A stretch of 64,000 nt of DNA from Deltaproteobacteria bacterium (GCA_016874755.1 VGTH01000022.1:19421-83420), one strand, 5' to 3'; numbered from the stretch's first letter, positions 29,406-39,454 are shown. Notes: generated by a model not told the origin, from the sequence alone. Program-made: numbers and translations.

Positions 29406-29924
29406 TTGGCTAAGCTGATCGCCGAGGAAACGCGCATCAACGAGAAGATCCGCGATACTCAAGCTGCGTTGACTCTTGTCAAGAAGAAGATTTCCGAATC
29501 GCTAGTACAAAACTACACGAGCCAGGGTCCGCGAATACACATGCCGGAGGATCTTATGAACGAAGAACAATCCTACGAACGACTGCTGCAAGCTCTGCAG
29601 GACATGAAAAACGAGATCGCCAAGCAAATTCGGCCGGTCGAAGAGCAAATCATTCACGCCAACCGCGAGCACATTCGCGTCTCTTTTACCCAGGAAAGCC
29701 AACGGCTGCACAAGTGTCTCGAACAAATCGATAACAACATCTTGGCTTGCCGCCAAGCTTTGGATGAATACAACAGCATCCGCTCGGGCCTGTCGGGCTT
29801 AAATGAAAAGCTCACCCAAGTGGGCTCGCCGGTGATGGAAATCCCTGACAGCCTGCAGAGCCAAGACCTGGCGGAAATCGTCCAATCACGCCTCGACCAT
29901 CTCAAAGCGCACGGTAAGATCTAA
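29406..29924 (+). CDS. Hypothetical coiled-coil protein in a low-GC island (start uncertain, TTG in track)
   Basis: Heptad-rich, charged sequence with no recognisable domain. Local GC is visibly lower than the flanks. Confidence 0.3.
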   Translation: MAKLIAEETRINEKIRDTQAALTLVKKKISESLVQNYTSQGPRIHMPEDLMNEEQSYERLLQALQDMKNEIAKQIRPVEEQIIHANREHIRVSFTQESQRLHKCLEQIDNNILACRQALDEYNSIRSGLSGLNEKLTQVGSPVMEIPDSLQSQDLAEIVQSRLDHLKAHGKI

Positions 29925-29979
29925 TCTTCAGCCAAGCGGGCCCGCCTCCCAGACTTCGGGCTGGGGCGCGGGCTCTTTT

Positions 29980-31209
29980 TTAGCTCTCGCCAATCGGTTG
30001 CGCCGCACGTAGCGCCGGTTGACGGCGAATGATGTAAGCCACCAACACAACGGTCAGCACACCGCAACCCGCCACCGTCCACGGCGCGCCAATCCAGCTC
30101 GCCAACAGGCCAAACGGGAAACTCCCCATCGGTCCCAGCCCACGGTTGATCAAACCGAACAGCGACATGACGCGGCCGCGATTTTTTTCGTCGGTGTGCA
30201 CTTGCAACAGCGTCGCCGTCGATGACAGAAATGTCGTCTGAAACGCGCCGGCGATAAACAAGAACACTAGCGATAGCGCAAACACCTGAGAAACTGCGAA
30301 CAGCAGAATCGCCACGCCAAAACCGGTGGCGAGAAAGATCAGCTGCCGGTGCGGTTTTGGAAAGCGCCGCACCGAAGCCAAAGTCAGCCCGCCGAGAATC
30401 GCCCCAGCTCCGGGCGCCATCAACAACATCCCCAGACCTGGAGCGCCGACGTTGAGAATATCGCGCGCAAAGACCGGCATGAACTGCGTGTAAGGTTTGG
30501 TGCAGAAGCTGACGACGCCGAGCCCCAACAGAAGCGCCAGAAAGATCGGCGTGTTCCATGCCAGCGATAGACCTTGCATCATATCCTGCAGCAGACTGGC
30601 GCGCCGCTCCACAGGCTTGGTCTTTGGGATGCGGATCATGAAGATCGTCACCAGCACGATCAGGTTGCCGATCGCCGCGGCGAAGAAACAGCCCTGGGTG
30701 TCGATGATCGGAATCAGCAAACCGCCGATCGACGGACCGAAGAGCATCGAGCCATTGAAGATCATCTGATAGAGCGCCACGGCGTTGGGCAGATCACTGC
30801 GCGGTACGACGTCGTGCAAGATCGATTGGCGCACCGGCTGCTCGAAGGAAACCGAGAAGCCCGTCAACGCCGAAACCAGCAAGATATGCCAGACCTGAAT
30901 GGTGCCCAAATAATTCATAATGCCGAGAAACAAGGCCATCAGGAAAAACGCGCTTTGCGTAATTACGAAAAGCTGTTTGCGATCGGCGCGGTCGACCACT
31001 GCACCGCCAAACGCCGAGAAAAGCACGCGCGGCAGGCCGAGGCACAAGCCGTCGAGGCCCAAGTAAAATGGCGAGTTGGTCAGTTGAAAAATCAGCCATG
31101 CCTGCGCCGTGGTCTGCACCAACGTGCCCGAATGGCCGAGAAACAGGCCGCACCAGAAAATAAAATAATCGCGATGGCGAAACGCCCGAAAAGTGTTCTT
31201 GAGAAACAT
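29980..31209 (-). CDS. MFS transporter (EntS/YbdA-like efflux family)
   Basis: 12-TM pattern. N-terminal FRHRDYFIFWCGLFLGHSGTLVQTTAQAWLIF is typical of the MFS_3/enterobactin-exporter family. Confidence 0.8.
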   Translation of the reverse strand: MFLKNTFRAFRHRDYFIFWCGLFLGHSGTLVQTTAQAWLIFQLTNSPFYLGLDGLCLGLPRVLFSAFGGAVVDRADRKQLFVITQSAFFLMALFLGIMNYLGTIQVWHILLVSALTGFSVSFEQPVRQSILHDVVPRSDLPNAVALYQMIFNGSMLFGPSIGGLLIPIIDTQGCFFAAAIGNLIVLVTIFMIRIPKTKPVERRASLLQDMMQGLSLAWNTPIFLALLLGLGVVSFCTKPYTQFMPVFARDILNVGAPGLGMLLMAPGAGAILGGLTLASVRRFPKPHRQLIFLATGFGVAILLFAVSQVFALSLVFLFIAGAFQTTFLSSTATLLQVHTDEKNRGRVMSLFGLINRGLGPMGSFPFGLLASWIGAPWTVAGCGVLTVVLVAYIIRRQPALRAAQPIGES

Positions 31210-31291
31210 GGTAGTTCAGGCCGACGACCCACGGCGTGAGTCGCTGCGGGGGAAACCAAACGCGGCGGCGAGAGGGGTAAAGAAAACCCGG

Positions 31292-31630
31292 TCAGTTTTT
31301 CTTTTGCTCGGCCAATTGCCGTTTCCAACCCAGGGTGCGCGCTTGCGCGGCGACCTGCTCGGCTTCGACGATCATGCCTTTTTGTTGGTAGAAAATCGAC
31401 AGGCTGGTGTAGGCCAACTCATCGTCGGGCGCAACTTCGATAAGTTTTTTCCCGACCGCGATGGCGTCATCGAACTTTTCTTGATGCGCGTAGGTCATCG
31501 CCAGCGCGTGCAGCGCGTCGGCGTAGGCGGGGTCTTCATCGAGCGCCTGCCGGTAGCAGCGAATCGCTTCGCCAAGATTTTCCTGGGCGAAAAACTCCAT
31601 TCCCTGGTTGTACAGGTCTTCTTTATTCAC
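31292..31630 (-). CDS. Tetratricopeptide-repeat protein
   Basis: Three TPR-like units (LGEAIRCYRQALDEDPAYADALHALAMTY...). Immediately downstream of the PAS-REC gene. Confidence 0.55.
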   Translation of the reverse strand: MNKEDLYNQGMEFFAQENLGEAIRCYRQALDEDPAYADALHALAMTYAHQEKFDDAIAVGKKLIEVAPDDELAYTSLSIFYQQKGMIVEAEQVAAQARTLGWKRQLAEQKKN

Positions 31631-31639
31631 GGTAAATTG

Positions 31640-32779
31640 TTAGGCGACTTTGTTAGCGGCGAGCGGCACTTTGGCCGATTGCAAGGATTCGGCGACTTCG
31701 GGGCGGCATTGCTTGAGCAAAACCTTTTTCAGCATGGTTGGATTGACCGGCTTTTTAAAGATCACGCCTTGCAGACCCTCCAAGCAGCTGCGCTTGATGA
31801 TGTGATCTTTGTCGTAGTTGAAAGCGGTCATCAGCACGACCGGTAATTCGGGCGTGGTTTGTTTGACGGTCTGGTAGAGTTGATAGCCGTCCATGTCGGG
31901 CATGACGACGTCGCTCAACACGAGATCGAACTTTTGTTTGCCGAGCCAATCCATGGCGTAGACGCCCGAGGCAGCGGTCTCGATGCAGCAGCGTTCGGCT
32001 TCGAGCAGCTCGCGCAACGAGCTGCAAATGCCGGCGTCGTCGTCGACGACCAGAATGCGCAAGCCGCCTAACGGGAAGCGCGCGTCCGGCTTTGGCCGCT
32101 CGCATGGCTTTTCGTCACCGTCGACATGCAGATCGGTCATCAACTTGCCGCCGATATACTCTTTGGTCCCGTATTCCCCTTCTTCGGCCATGCTGCCGAT
32201 GCGCGTAGTAATGTCCTGAATTTTTTTCACTTGCGAAGCGATCGACTCGACGCGATCCGACTCGACGATATAATCCTCATCGGTCGCCACCCGCTCGACG
32301 TATTTCTTGACCATCTCGGTCTGGTTGACCAAGACCTCGAGCGAGTTGTTGATCTCATGCGACAGACCGATGGCGATCTCACCGAGCGTTACTAAACGAT
32401 CGCGCCGGCGAATTTCGCGAATATCCTTGGCAAAACCGATGGAGCCGACCTCTTTGCCTTTATCGTCATAGATGATCGACGCCGAGATCGTCACCGGAAT
32501 CTTCTCGCCCTTTTTGGTTTTAAACGCGGTCTCGAAGTTGCGCAGCCGCCCCTTGCCAGCTTCGTTGTCGGCGCGCATGGCCGACATCACCCGGCGCGCT
32601 TCATCGATGCTCGGGTAGATTTCCAAAACGTTCTTACCCAGCACCTCTTCATAGGCAAAACCGAGGTTTTGCCGCGCGCCGTCGTTGTAGAACGTGATCG
32701 TGCCCTGATTATCGACGGAGATGATTATGTCTGGGCAACTCTCGACGAGCTTTTGAAAGTATTGTACAGGTAAGGCCAT
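31640..32779 (-). CDS. PAS - HisKA-like (DHp) - receiver-domain signal transduction protein lacking an HATPase_c domain
   Basis: N-terminal PAS (ISVDNQGTITFYN). H-box-like LGEIAIGLSHEINNSL. C-terminal REC with DD...D (ILVVDDDAGI; DLVLSDVVMPDMDGY; K in IFKKP). No G1/G2 ATP-binding boxes. Confidence 0.75.
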   Translation of the reverse strand: MALPVQYFQKLVESCPDIIISVDNQGTITFYNDGARQNLGFAYEEVLGKNVLEIYPSIDEARRVMSAMRADNEAGKGRLRNFETAFKTKKGEKIPVTISASIIYDDKGKEVGSIGFAKDIREIRRRDRLVTLGEIAIGLSHEINNSLEVLVNQTEMVKKYVERVATDEDYIVESDRVESIASQVKKIQDITTRIGSMAEEGEYGTKEYIGGKLMTDLHVDGDEKPCERPKPDARFPLGGLRILVVDDDAGICSSLRELLEAERCCIETAASGVYAMDWLGKQKFDLVLSDVVMPDMDGYQLYQTVKQTTPELPVVLMTAFNYDKDHIIKRSCLEGLQGVIFKKPVNPTMLKKVLLKQCRPEVAESLQSAKVPLAANKVA

Positions 32780-32906
32780 AGATCGTTGGCGTTCCGCGTA
32801 TCTTAATTCTAACCATTGAGGGAATGCAAGAGTCTTAGCTTAGACGTCTCTTATCTGCGATCCTTCGGATTGCATCGTCATTCCCAGATCACCCTATTTC
32901 ACGCAC

Positions 32907-34745
32907 ATGGCCGCAACCTCTGACACTCGACAGCTTAGCTGGACGCTCGCTTGGGCCGTGGTTTTCTGCGACATAGGCACTTCGGTCTACTACGTCCCGG
33001 GTATTTTGTACGGCAACGTCGGCGACAAGACTCCGTTTTTCATTCTTCTGACCACCCTCGGCTTCATTCCGCTAGCGCTCAAGTACATTGAGATTACCTG
33101 GCGCAACCCAGAGGGCGGCGGCGTCGTCACGATCACGACTAAGGCCTTTGGTCCCATGTGGGGTTGCCTGGGCGGCATGCTGATCACTACCAGTTACTTT
33201 CTCACGGCGGCGATCTCAGCGGTTTCCGGGTTCCACTATATCGCCTCGGTGGTGCATGCGCTCGATAACTATATCGTCATATTGGCTTGCACCGGCCTGG
33301 TCGCACTGGCGATCTTGAACGTCATCGGCATTCGCGAAAGCGCCATGGCCGCGCTGATCATGGCGGTGGCGGCGTTTGGCGTCGATATTCTGGTCATTTT
33401 GTTTTCGGTCAAAGATTTCTCCGCAAGCCAGTGGACCCAGATGCTGCAGAGCCTCCAGCCTGGTCGTGAAATGCCGTTCCATAGTTTGCTCGTCGGCTTC
33501 GCCGCAGCGTGGCTGGCTTTCTCCGGCCTGGAAAGCATCAGCCAGCTGAGCCCAGCCATGCGCCTGCCGCTGCGCAAAACAACCCGCTGGGCGATGTACG
33601 GCGTCATGGCGAGCATGCTGATCACGGCGCCCATGTTAAGCCTGCTATCGATCAATCTGCTCGCGCCGGAGTTCAAGGCAACCCAGAGCGAGCGATTCAT
33701 TTCGCAAATCGCTTCGGTATCCGGCGGCTTTGGCTTGCAGCTGGCCGTGGTCGTCAGCGCTTCCAGCCTGCTGCTGTTTGCCGCCAACACCGCGATCATC
33801 GGCGCCTACCATGTCTTTCTCGCGCTCGCCAACACCGACTTTCTGCCGCGCGTCATCGCGCTGCGCAGCATTCGCTTTAACAGCCCGCACATCGCCATCA
33901 TCGTCGCCACCGTGGTGCCGATCGCGGTCATCGTCGCCACCAGCGGCGAGCTCGGCATCTTGGGCGAGATGTACGCGTTTGGATTGCTCGGTGCGTTTGT
34001 TTTTTCCTCGCTCAGCCTGGACATCATCCGCTGGCGCCTCGGCCGCCGCGACGTCGGCTTTTGGATCGGCGCACTGACCACGGTCATGCTTGCGGTGGCG
34101 TGGTGCGTCAATTTGGTCGAGAAAGAGCTGGCCACCCTCTTCGGCGGCGCGCTCACAATCCTGGGCATGCTCATCGCGGTGGGTGTGCGGCGTGCCTGGT
34201 TTGTCGATTTGCTCTCGCGGGTTCCCGCCATCCAGCGGCTGCAGGCACGCGCCTATCTCGCTTCGGAAGCGTTGGTGGATGACGAGCTCAAGGGCTTGGT
34301 CACACTGGCCGATGCCGCCGAGCTGAAAGCGCTTTATCCCGGCTCCACGCTCGTGGCGCTGCGCGGCGAGACCCCGGCGCTGCTCCAACAGGCGATCCAC
34401 ATCGCCAAGGGCAAAGGCGAAACCGCGCTGTATTGCATCTACGTCGAGGAGTGGCCCGGTTTGCTTAACGGCAACACGCCGCACCGTCCCAATGAGGAAG
34501 GCATTCGCACGCTGCGTTTCGCAGTCCAGCATCTGCGCGGCAAGAACGTCGAAGTGATACCCATCTGGATGGTGTCGCACAACGCCGCCGACGCCATTGC
34601 TTCGGCCGCCAAAGCACTCGACGTCGAGAGTGTTTTGATCGGCCAGTCGCGCCGCTCGGCGTTTTATCACATGCTGCGCGGCCATGTCGTCAAAGGGCTC
34701 ACCAGGAAACTGCCGCGCGATTGCCACCTGATGATCTTCAACTGA
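32907..34745 (+). CDS. APC-family amino-acid permease fused to C-terminal universal stress protein (UspA) domain
   Basis: 12 TM helices. About 150-aa USP C-terminus (ALYCIYVEE...LIGQSRRSAFYHMLRGHV). 612 aa. Confidence 0.8.
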   Translation: MAATSDTRQLSWTLAWAVVFCDIGTSVYYVPGILYGNVGDKTPFFILLTTLGFIPLALKYIEITWRNPEGGGVVTITTKAFGPMWGCLGGMLITTSYFLTAAISAVSGFHYIASVVHALDNYIVILACTGLVALAILNVIGIRESAMAALIMAVAAFGVDILVILFSVKDFSASQWTQMLQSLQPGREMPFHSLLVGFAAAWLAFSGLESISQLSPAMRLPLRKTTRWAMYGVMASMLITAPMLSLLSINLLAPEFKATQSERFISQIASVSGGFGLQLAVVVSASSLLLFAANTAIIGAYHVFLALANTDFLPRVIALRSIRFNSPHIAIIVATVVPIAVIVATSGELGILGEMYAFGLLGAFVFSSLSLDIIRWRLGRRDVGFWIGALTTVMLAVAWCVNLVEKELATLFGGALTILGMLIAVGVRRAWFVDLLSRVPAIQRLQARAYLASEALVDDELKGLVTLADAAELKALYPGSTLVALRGETPALLQQAIHIAKGKGETALYCIYVEEWPGLLNGNTPHRPNEEGIRTLRFAVQHLRGKNVEVIPIWMVSHNAADAIASAAKALDVESVLIGQSRRSAFYHMLRGHVVKGLTRKLPRDCHLMIFN

Positions 34746-34827
34746 ACGCTGCCAGCCCCTACGCCTTTAGTGCGATTGAATCTCAATGCCGGCGATTCTA
34801 TATTGCCAGTCCACGCGTGCACACGTC

Positions 34828-36666
34828 ATGCAGCCGACTCACGACACTCGCCAGCTCAATTGGTTTTTGGCTTGGGCCGTTGTCTTTTGCGACATTGGCA
34901 CTTCGGTCTACTACGTTCCCGGCATCATGTATGGCCATGTCAAAGATGCCACGCCGTTCTTTGTGCTGCTGACAACCGCCGGCTTCATTCTACTCTCGTT
35001 CAAATACATCGAAATCTCCTGGCGCAACCCCGAGGGCGGTGGCGTCGTGACGATCACCTCGAAAGCCTTCGGCCCCATGTGGGGTTGCCTGGGCGGCATG
35101 CTGATAACCGTCGATTATTTTCTTACGACCGCGATCTCGGCGGTCTCGGGCTTTCAATATCTCGGCAGCGCCTTCCCTGCCCTCGATTCACATATCGTCC
35201 TTTTGTCCTGCGCCGGCGTCGGCGTGCTCGCGGCATTGAATATCGTCGGCATCCGCGAGAGCGCCGCGGTCTCGCTGGTGATGGCCTGCGCGTCTTTTCT
35301 CGTTAATCTCGTCGTCATGGGCGCGGCGTTTGCCTATATGGATGGCGCCCAATGGCAGACAGGTCTCAGCAAGCTCGGCACCGCCAAGGGGATATCTTCC
35401 TACGAACTGCTGGTCGGCTTTGCATCGGCCTGGCTGGCGTTCTCAGGCCTCGAAAGCATCAGCCAGTTGAGCCCGACCATGCGCCTGCCGCTGCGCAAAA
35501 CTACTCGTTGGGCGATGGGCGCCGTGATGTTTACCATGGTGGTCACTTCGCCGATGTTGACCGCGCTTTCGATCGGCCTTTTGCCGGAACATTTCAAAGC
35601 CACCGAAAGCGAGCGCTTCATCTCCGAACTCGGCTCCATCGTCGGCGGGTTGGGCGTGAAATTGGCGGTGGTGTTGACCGCTACTAGCTTGCTGCTGTTT
35701 GCCGCCAACACGGCGATCATCGGCGCCTATCACGTGTTTCTCGCCTTGGTCAAAGGCGACTTCATGCCGCGCATCTTGGCGGTGCGCAACACCACATTTA
35801 ATTCTCCACACATCGCCGTGGGAATAGCTACGATTGTCCCGGTGCTGATCATCCTCATGAGCGGCGGCCAGATGAAAATTTTGGGCGACATGTACGCCTT
35901 CGGTTTGCTTGGCGCGTTTGTCTTTTCTTCGCTCAGCCTCGACAAGATTCGTTGGAACCTGGGCCGGCGCGATATCGGGTTTTGGCTGGGATTTTTAACC
36001 ACAGTAATGGTGATCGTGGCATGGGGCGTAAACCTGATCGAAAAACAGCTCGCCACTTGGTTCGGCGGCGGCGTCACACTGCTCGGCCTATTGATCGCCA
36101 TGGGCGTGCGGCGCGCCTGGTTCGTCGATCTACTCGTCCAGATTCCGTTTATTCAGAAGCTACAAGCGCGCGCCTATCGCGCCTCGGAAGACTTGGTCGA
36201 AGATGAGCTCAAAGGTCTGATGACGCTCACCGAAGCGGTGGAAGTAAAGCCGCTCTACTCGTCGACCACGTTGCTGGCGGTGCGCGACGATAGCCCGAGC
36301 CTGGTCCAAGAAGCGGTCACGCGCGTCAAGGGCAAAGGCGAAGCGGCGCTTTATTGCATTTACGTCGAGGAATGGCCGGGCTTGTTTGCCGGCGAGACGC
36401 CCCATGTCCCTAACGAGCAAGGCGTGCAGACGCTCAAGGCCGTGCTGCAAAACGCGCGCGCCAAGGGCGTCGAGATCGTGCCGATCTGGGCAGTGTCGCA
36501 CAACGCCGCCGAAGCGATCGCCAACGCCGCCAAAGCGCTCGACGTCGACTCGGTGATCATCGGCCAGTCGCGCCGCTCGGCGTTTTATCACATGCTGCGC
36601 GGCCACGTGATCAAGGGATTGATGAAAAGACTGCCGCGGGATGTTCACTTGATGATCTGCAATTGA
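34828..36666 (+). CDS. APC-family permease-USP fusion, tandem paralogue of 32907-34745
   Basis: Roughly 65-70% identical by eye, including the shared RNPEGGGVVTIT...KAFGPMWGCLGGMLIT and USP tail. ATG at 34828. Confidence 0.8.
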   Translation: MQPTHDTRQLNWFLAWAVVFCDIGTSVYYVPGIMYGHVKDATPFFVLLTTAGFILLSFKYIEISWRNPEGGGVVTITSKAFGPMWGCLGGMLITVDYFLTTAISAVSGFQYLGSAFPALDSHIVLLSCAGVGVLAALNIVGIRESAAVSLVMACASFLVNLVVMGAAFAYMDGAQWQTGLSKLGTAKGISSYELLVGFASAWLAFSGLESISQLSPTMRLPLRKTTRWAMGAVMFTMVVTSPMLTALSIGLLPEHFKATESERFISELGSIVGGLGVKLAVVLTATSLLLFAANTAIIGAYHVFLALVKGDFMPRILAVRNTTFNSPHIAVGIATIVPVLIILMSGGQMKILGDMYAFGLLGAFVFSSLSLDKIRWNLGRRDIGFWLGFLTTVMVIVAWGVNLIEKQLATWFGGGVTLLGLLIAMGVRRAWFVDLLVQIPFIQKLQARAYRASEDLVEDELKGLMTLTEAVEVKPLYSSTTLLAVRDDSPSLVQEAVTRVKGKGEAALYCIYVEEWPGLFAGETPHVPNEQGVQTLKAVLQNARAKGVEIVPIWAVSHNAAEAIANAAKALDVDSVIIGQSRRSAFYHMLRGHVIKGLMKRLPRDVHLMICN

Positions 36667-36732
36667 AGTTGGCTGTGTTGCAACGCAGCTAACTTCATCC
36701 TGAACGAAGCGAAGGATCTAAACCGCCCCCTC

Positions 36733-37884
36733 CTACAACCCCAACCATCGGGCAATAATATTGCGCTGTATCTCCGAGGTGCCCGAGTAGAGCGTGCTGC
36801 CGATGGCGTCGCGCAGCGCCCGTTCCATTTCGTATTCCACCATGTAGCCATTGCCGCCGTGAATCTGCACGGTGCCTAAAGCGGTTTGCACGAGGGATTC
36901 GCTGACAAACAGCTTGGCCATCGCCGCGTCGAGGGAAACCGTTTTGGTTTTATCCAAGAGCGAAGCGGCTTTGTAGACCAACAGGCGCGCCGCTTCGAGC
37001 TGCACTTTCATATCGGCGATGCGATGGGAAATCGCCTGATACTTGGCGATGGTCTGACCGAACTGTTTGCGTGACTTCGCGAAGGAGATGCTCTGCTCCA
37101 TCAGCCGCTGCGTCGTGCCGACGTGGCTGGCAAATAGACAAACCCTCTCCCAATCCATCGCGTGGGTAAAAATCGCCGTGCCGGCGCCGAGTCCGCCGAG
37201 GATCGCCTCCGGCCCGACCCTGACGTCGTCAAACACCAGCGCGCCCAGCGGCGCCGTGCGCAGGCCCATTTTCTCGAACGTCTGGGTGCACTGGAAACCG
37301 GGCGCGCCCTTTTCGACCAGAAAAGCGCTGATGCCGCCGTAGTAGCCCTTTCCCGGATTGGTGACGGCAAAGACGATGACAATGTCGGCGACCGGCGCGT
37401 TGGAGATAAAAGTCTTGGTGCCTTTGATGCGGTAGCCGCCGTTGCCGTCGGGCTCGGCTTTGGTTCGCATGGCAAATGCGTCCGAGCCGGACTCCGCTTC
37501 GGTCATGGCGTGGACACCAATCAACTTGCCATTGCAAAGATCGGCGAGATAGCGTTTTTTCTGTTCGGCGTTGCCGAACTGCCAGATCGGAATAACGCAG
37601 GAGAGCAGATGCGCGCAGATGGAAAAGACCAGGCCGCTGTCGCGGCAGCCATGGCCCAGCGCTTCGAGCGCGATCGCCGTCGTCAGTGGATCCAAGCCGC
37701 TGCCGCCGTCCTCCTCGGGCACCGGCAAACCTTGCAAGCGCATTTCTCCGGCTTTGAGCCAAAGCTCGCGCGCAAACACATGATCGCGATCGCGCTCGAG
37801 ATTGTCGCGGTTAAGCTCTTTGGCAGCGAACCTGTCGATGGTCTCGCTTAAGATTTGCTGTTCTTCTGAAAGGGAGAAATCCAT
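36733..37884 (-). CDS. Acyl-CoA-dehydrogenase-family flavoenzyme
   Basis: Full ACAD fold, 383 aa (ESGSDA...; GTSEIQRNIIARWLGL C-terminus). The usual YEG catalytic-Glu position reads YSG. RBS aaggag. Confidence 0.9.
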   Translation of the reverse strand: MDFSLSEEQQILSETIDRFAAKELNRDNLERDRDHVFARELWLKAGEMRLQGLPVPEEDGGSGLDPLTTAIALEALGHGCRDSGLVFSICAHLLSCVIPIWQFGNAEQKKRYLADLCNGKLIGVHAMTEAESGSDAFAMRTKAEPDGNGGYRIKGTKTFISNAPVADIVIVFAVTNPGKGYYGGISAFLVEKGAPGFQCTQTFEKMGLRTAPLGALVFDDVRVGPEAILGGLGAGTAIFTHAMDWERVCLFASHVGTTQRLMEQSISFAKSRKQFGQTIAKYQAISHRIADMKVQLEAARLLVYKAASLLDKTKTVSLDAAMAKLFVSESLVQTALGTVQIHGGNGYMVEYEMERALRDAIGSTLYSGTSEIQRNIIARWLGL

Positions 37885-39443
37885 CCAGGGCGCTCCTTGA
37901 GCTTCTGGTAATCGATTTTATCAGTGGAAGTCTTCGGCAGCGCGGCCTCAAAGACGAACTCGTCCGGCGCCATGTAGGGCGGCAAGACGTCGACACAGAA
38001 TTTTTTTAGCTGAATGATCGACGGCCGTTTACCGTCGTGGCAGCTCAGAAACGCGCGGATGCGCACGCCGGCCTCTTGATCGGCCAGCGCCAGCACCGCC
38101 ACTTCCTTCAGCATCGGATGGCGATAAAGACCCGCTTCGATCTCGCCCAGCTCGACCCGGTAGCCGCGCCGTTTCACCATGCGGTCGCGCCGCCCGGCAA
38201 AAAGGTAATCGCCGTCGGGCTGCTCGACGACGATATCGCCGGTGCGATACCACGGCCCATCGGCGCGATCGAGAAAAGCGCGCGCGGTGTTTTCGGCAAG
38301 ATTCCAATAACCTGCGGTAACCGCCGGCCCGGCGATGCACAGCTCGCCGCGCTCACCGGCTTTGACGACCGCACCGACTTCGTCCACCGCGACGGCGCGC
38401 AAGTGCTCGCAGGTTTTGCCGATGGGAAACGGCTCGGTCCGCTCTGGCGGTATTTGCGACGGCACTTCGTAGTAGGTGCAAACATTGGTTTCCGTCGGCC
38501 CGTAAAGATTGAAATAGCGCGGCCTGGGCCAGCGCTCGCACAACGCGCGCAGGTGCTTGACCGGAAACACTTCGCCGGCAAACAACACCAGGCGCAGTGC
38601 GCTGTAGTCATGGTTTTCCAGGCGGCCGTACTGCACGAGAAAGCTCAAAATCGACGGTGCCGAGTACCAAATCGAAATGCGTTCGGCGGCGATCAGCGGC
38701 GCAAGCTTTTCCGGCTCCTTGCCGATGTCCTCAGGGATCAACACCAGCGTGGCGCCGCTCGACAAGCTGAGAAAGATATCAAGAATCGATAGGTCGAAAT
38801 GAAACGGCGCGTGGGACGAAAAGCGATCCGCCGCCCTCGGATCAAACGCATCGGCGCACCAATCGACGAAACTCATGGCGTTGCGGTGCGAGATCATCAC
38901 CCCTTTGGGTTTGCCGGTGGAGCCCGACGTGTAAAGGATATAGGCGAGTTCGTCTAGCTGCGGCACAGCAACAGCGCGCACCTTGTTCAGAGCTTCGGCC
39001 GCGATGCCTGCCACAACGTTGTTCAGCCCTTGCCCGGCGCCGACGTCATCGACGGCGATAAACTCCGGCTGGCCGCCCAGGGCCGCGATTTCCTTCGCCA
39101 GGCCGTCGGCAAGTTGCCTTTCGCAAACCACGACTTTGACGCCGCAATCGTTGAGGATATAGCCGCCGCGCGCGAGCGGCGCGTTGAGGTCGACGGGCAC
39201 GTAAGCCGCGCCCGCTTTCAAAATGGCCAAAAGCGTCGCCAGCGAGTCGATGGACTTATGCAGAATGAAGCCGACACGGTCGCCGGGCGCGACACCCAAC
39301 TGCAACAAGCGAGCGGCGAGCGCAGTGCTCAGTCGATCGAGCGCCCCATAGCTCATCGAGCCGCGTCCCGGCGCGACCACCGCGAGCGCTGCCGGGTGCG
39401 CCCGAGCACTCTCGGCAAAATATTCGTGCAACGACCTTTTCAC
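37848..39443 (-). CDS. Amino-acid adenylation enzyme (DltA-like stand-alone A domain)
   Basis: A3 motif YTSGSTGKPKGV, A5 FNLYGPTE and A10 core. About 531 aa with no FAAL-type insertion. GTG start with RBS gaggtgg. Overlaps the ACAD start by 37 nt. Confidence 0.85.
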   Translation of the reverse strand: MKRSLHEYFAESARAHPAALAVVAPGRGSMSYGALDRLSTALAARLLQLGVAPGDRVGFILHKSIDSLATLLAILKAGAAYVPVDLNAPLARGGYILNDCGVKVVVCERQLADGLAKEIAALGGQPEFIAVDDVGAGQGLNNVVAGIAAEALNKVRAVAVPQLDELAYILYTSGSTGKPKGVMISHRNAMSFVDWCADAFDPRAADRFSSHAPFHFDLSILDIFLSLSSGATLVLIPEDIGKEPEKLAPLIAAERISIWYSAPSILSFLVQYGRLENHDYSALRLVLFAGEVFPVKHLRALCERWPRPRYFNLYGPTETNVCTYYEVPSQIPPERTEPFPIGKTCEHLRAVAVDEVGAVVKAGERGELCIAGPAVTAGYWNLAENTARAFLDRADGPWYRTGDIVVEQPDGDYLFAGRRDRMVKRRGYRVELGEIEAGLYRHPMLKEVAVLALADQEAGVRIRAFLSCHDGKRPSIIQLKKFCVDVLPPYMAPDEFVFEAALPKTSTDKIDYQKLKERPGWISPFQKNSKS

Positions 39444-39454
39444 GACGCTCCACC

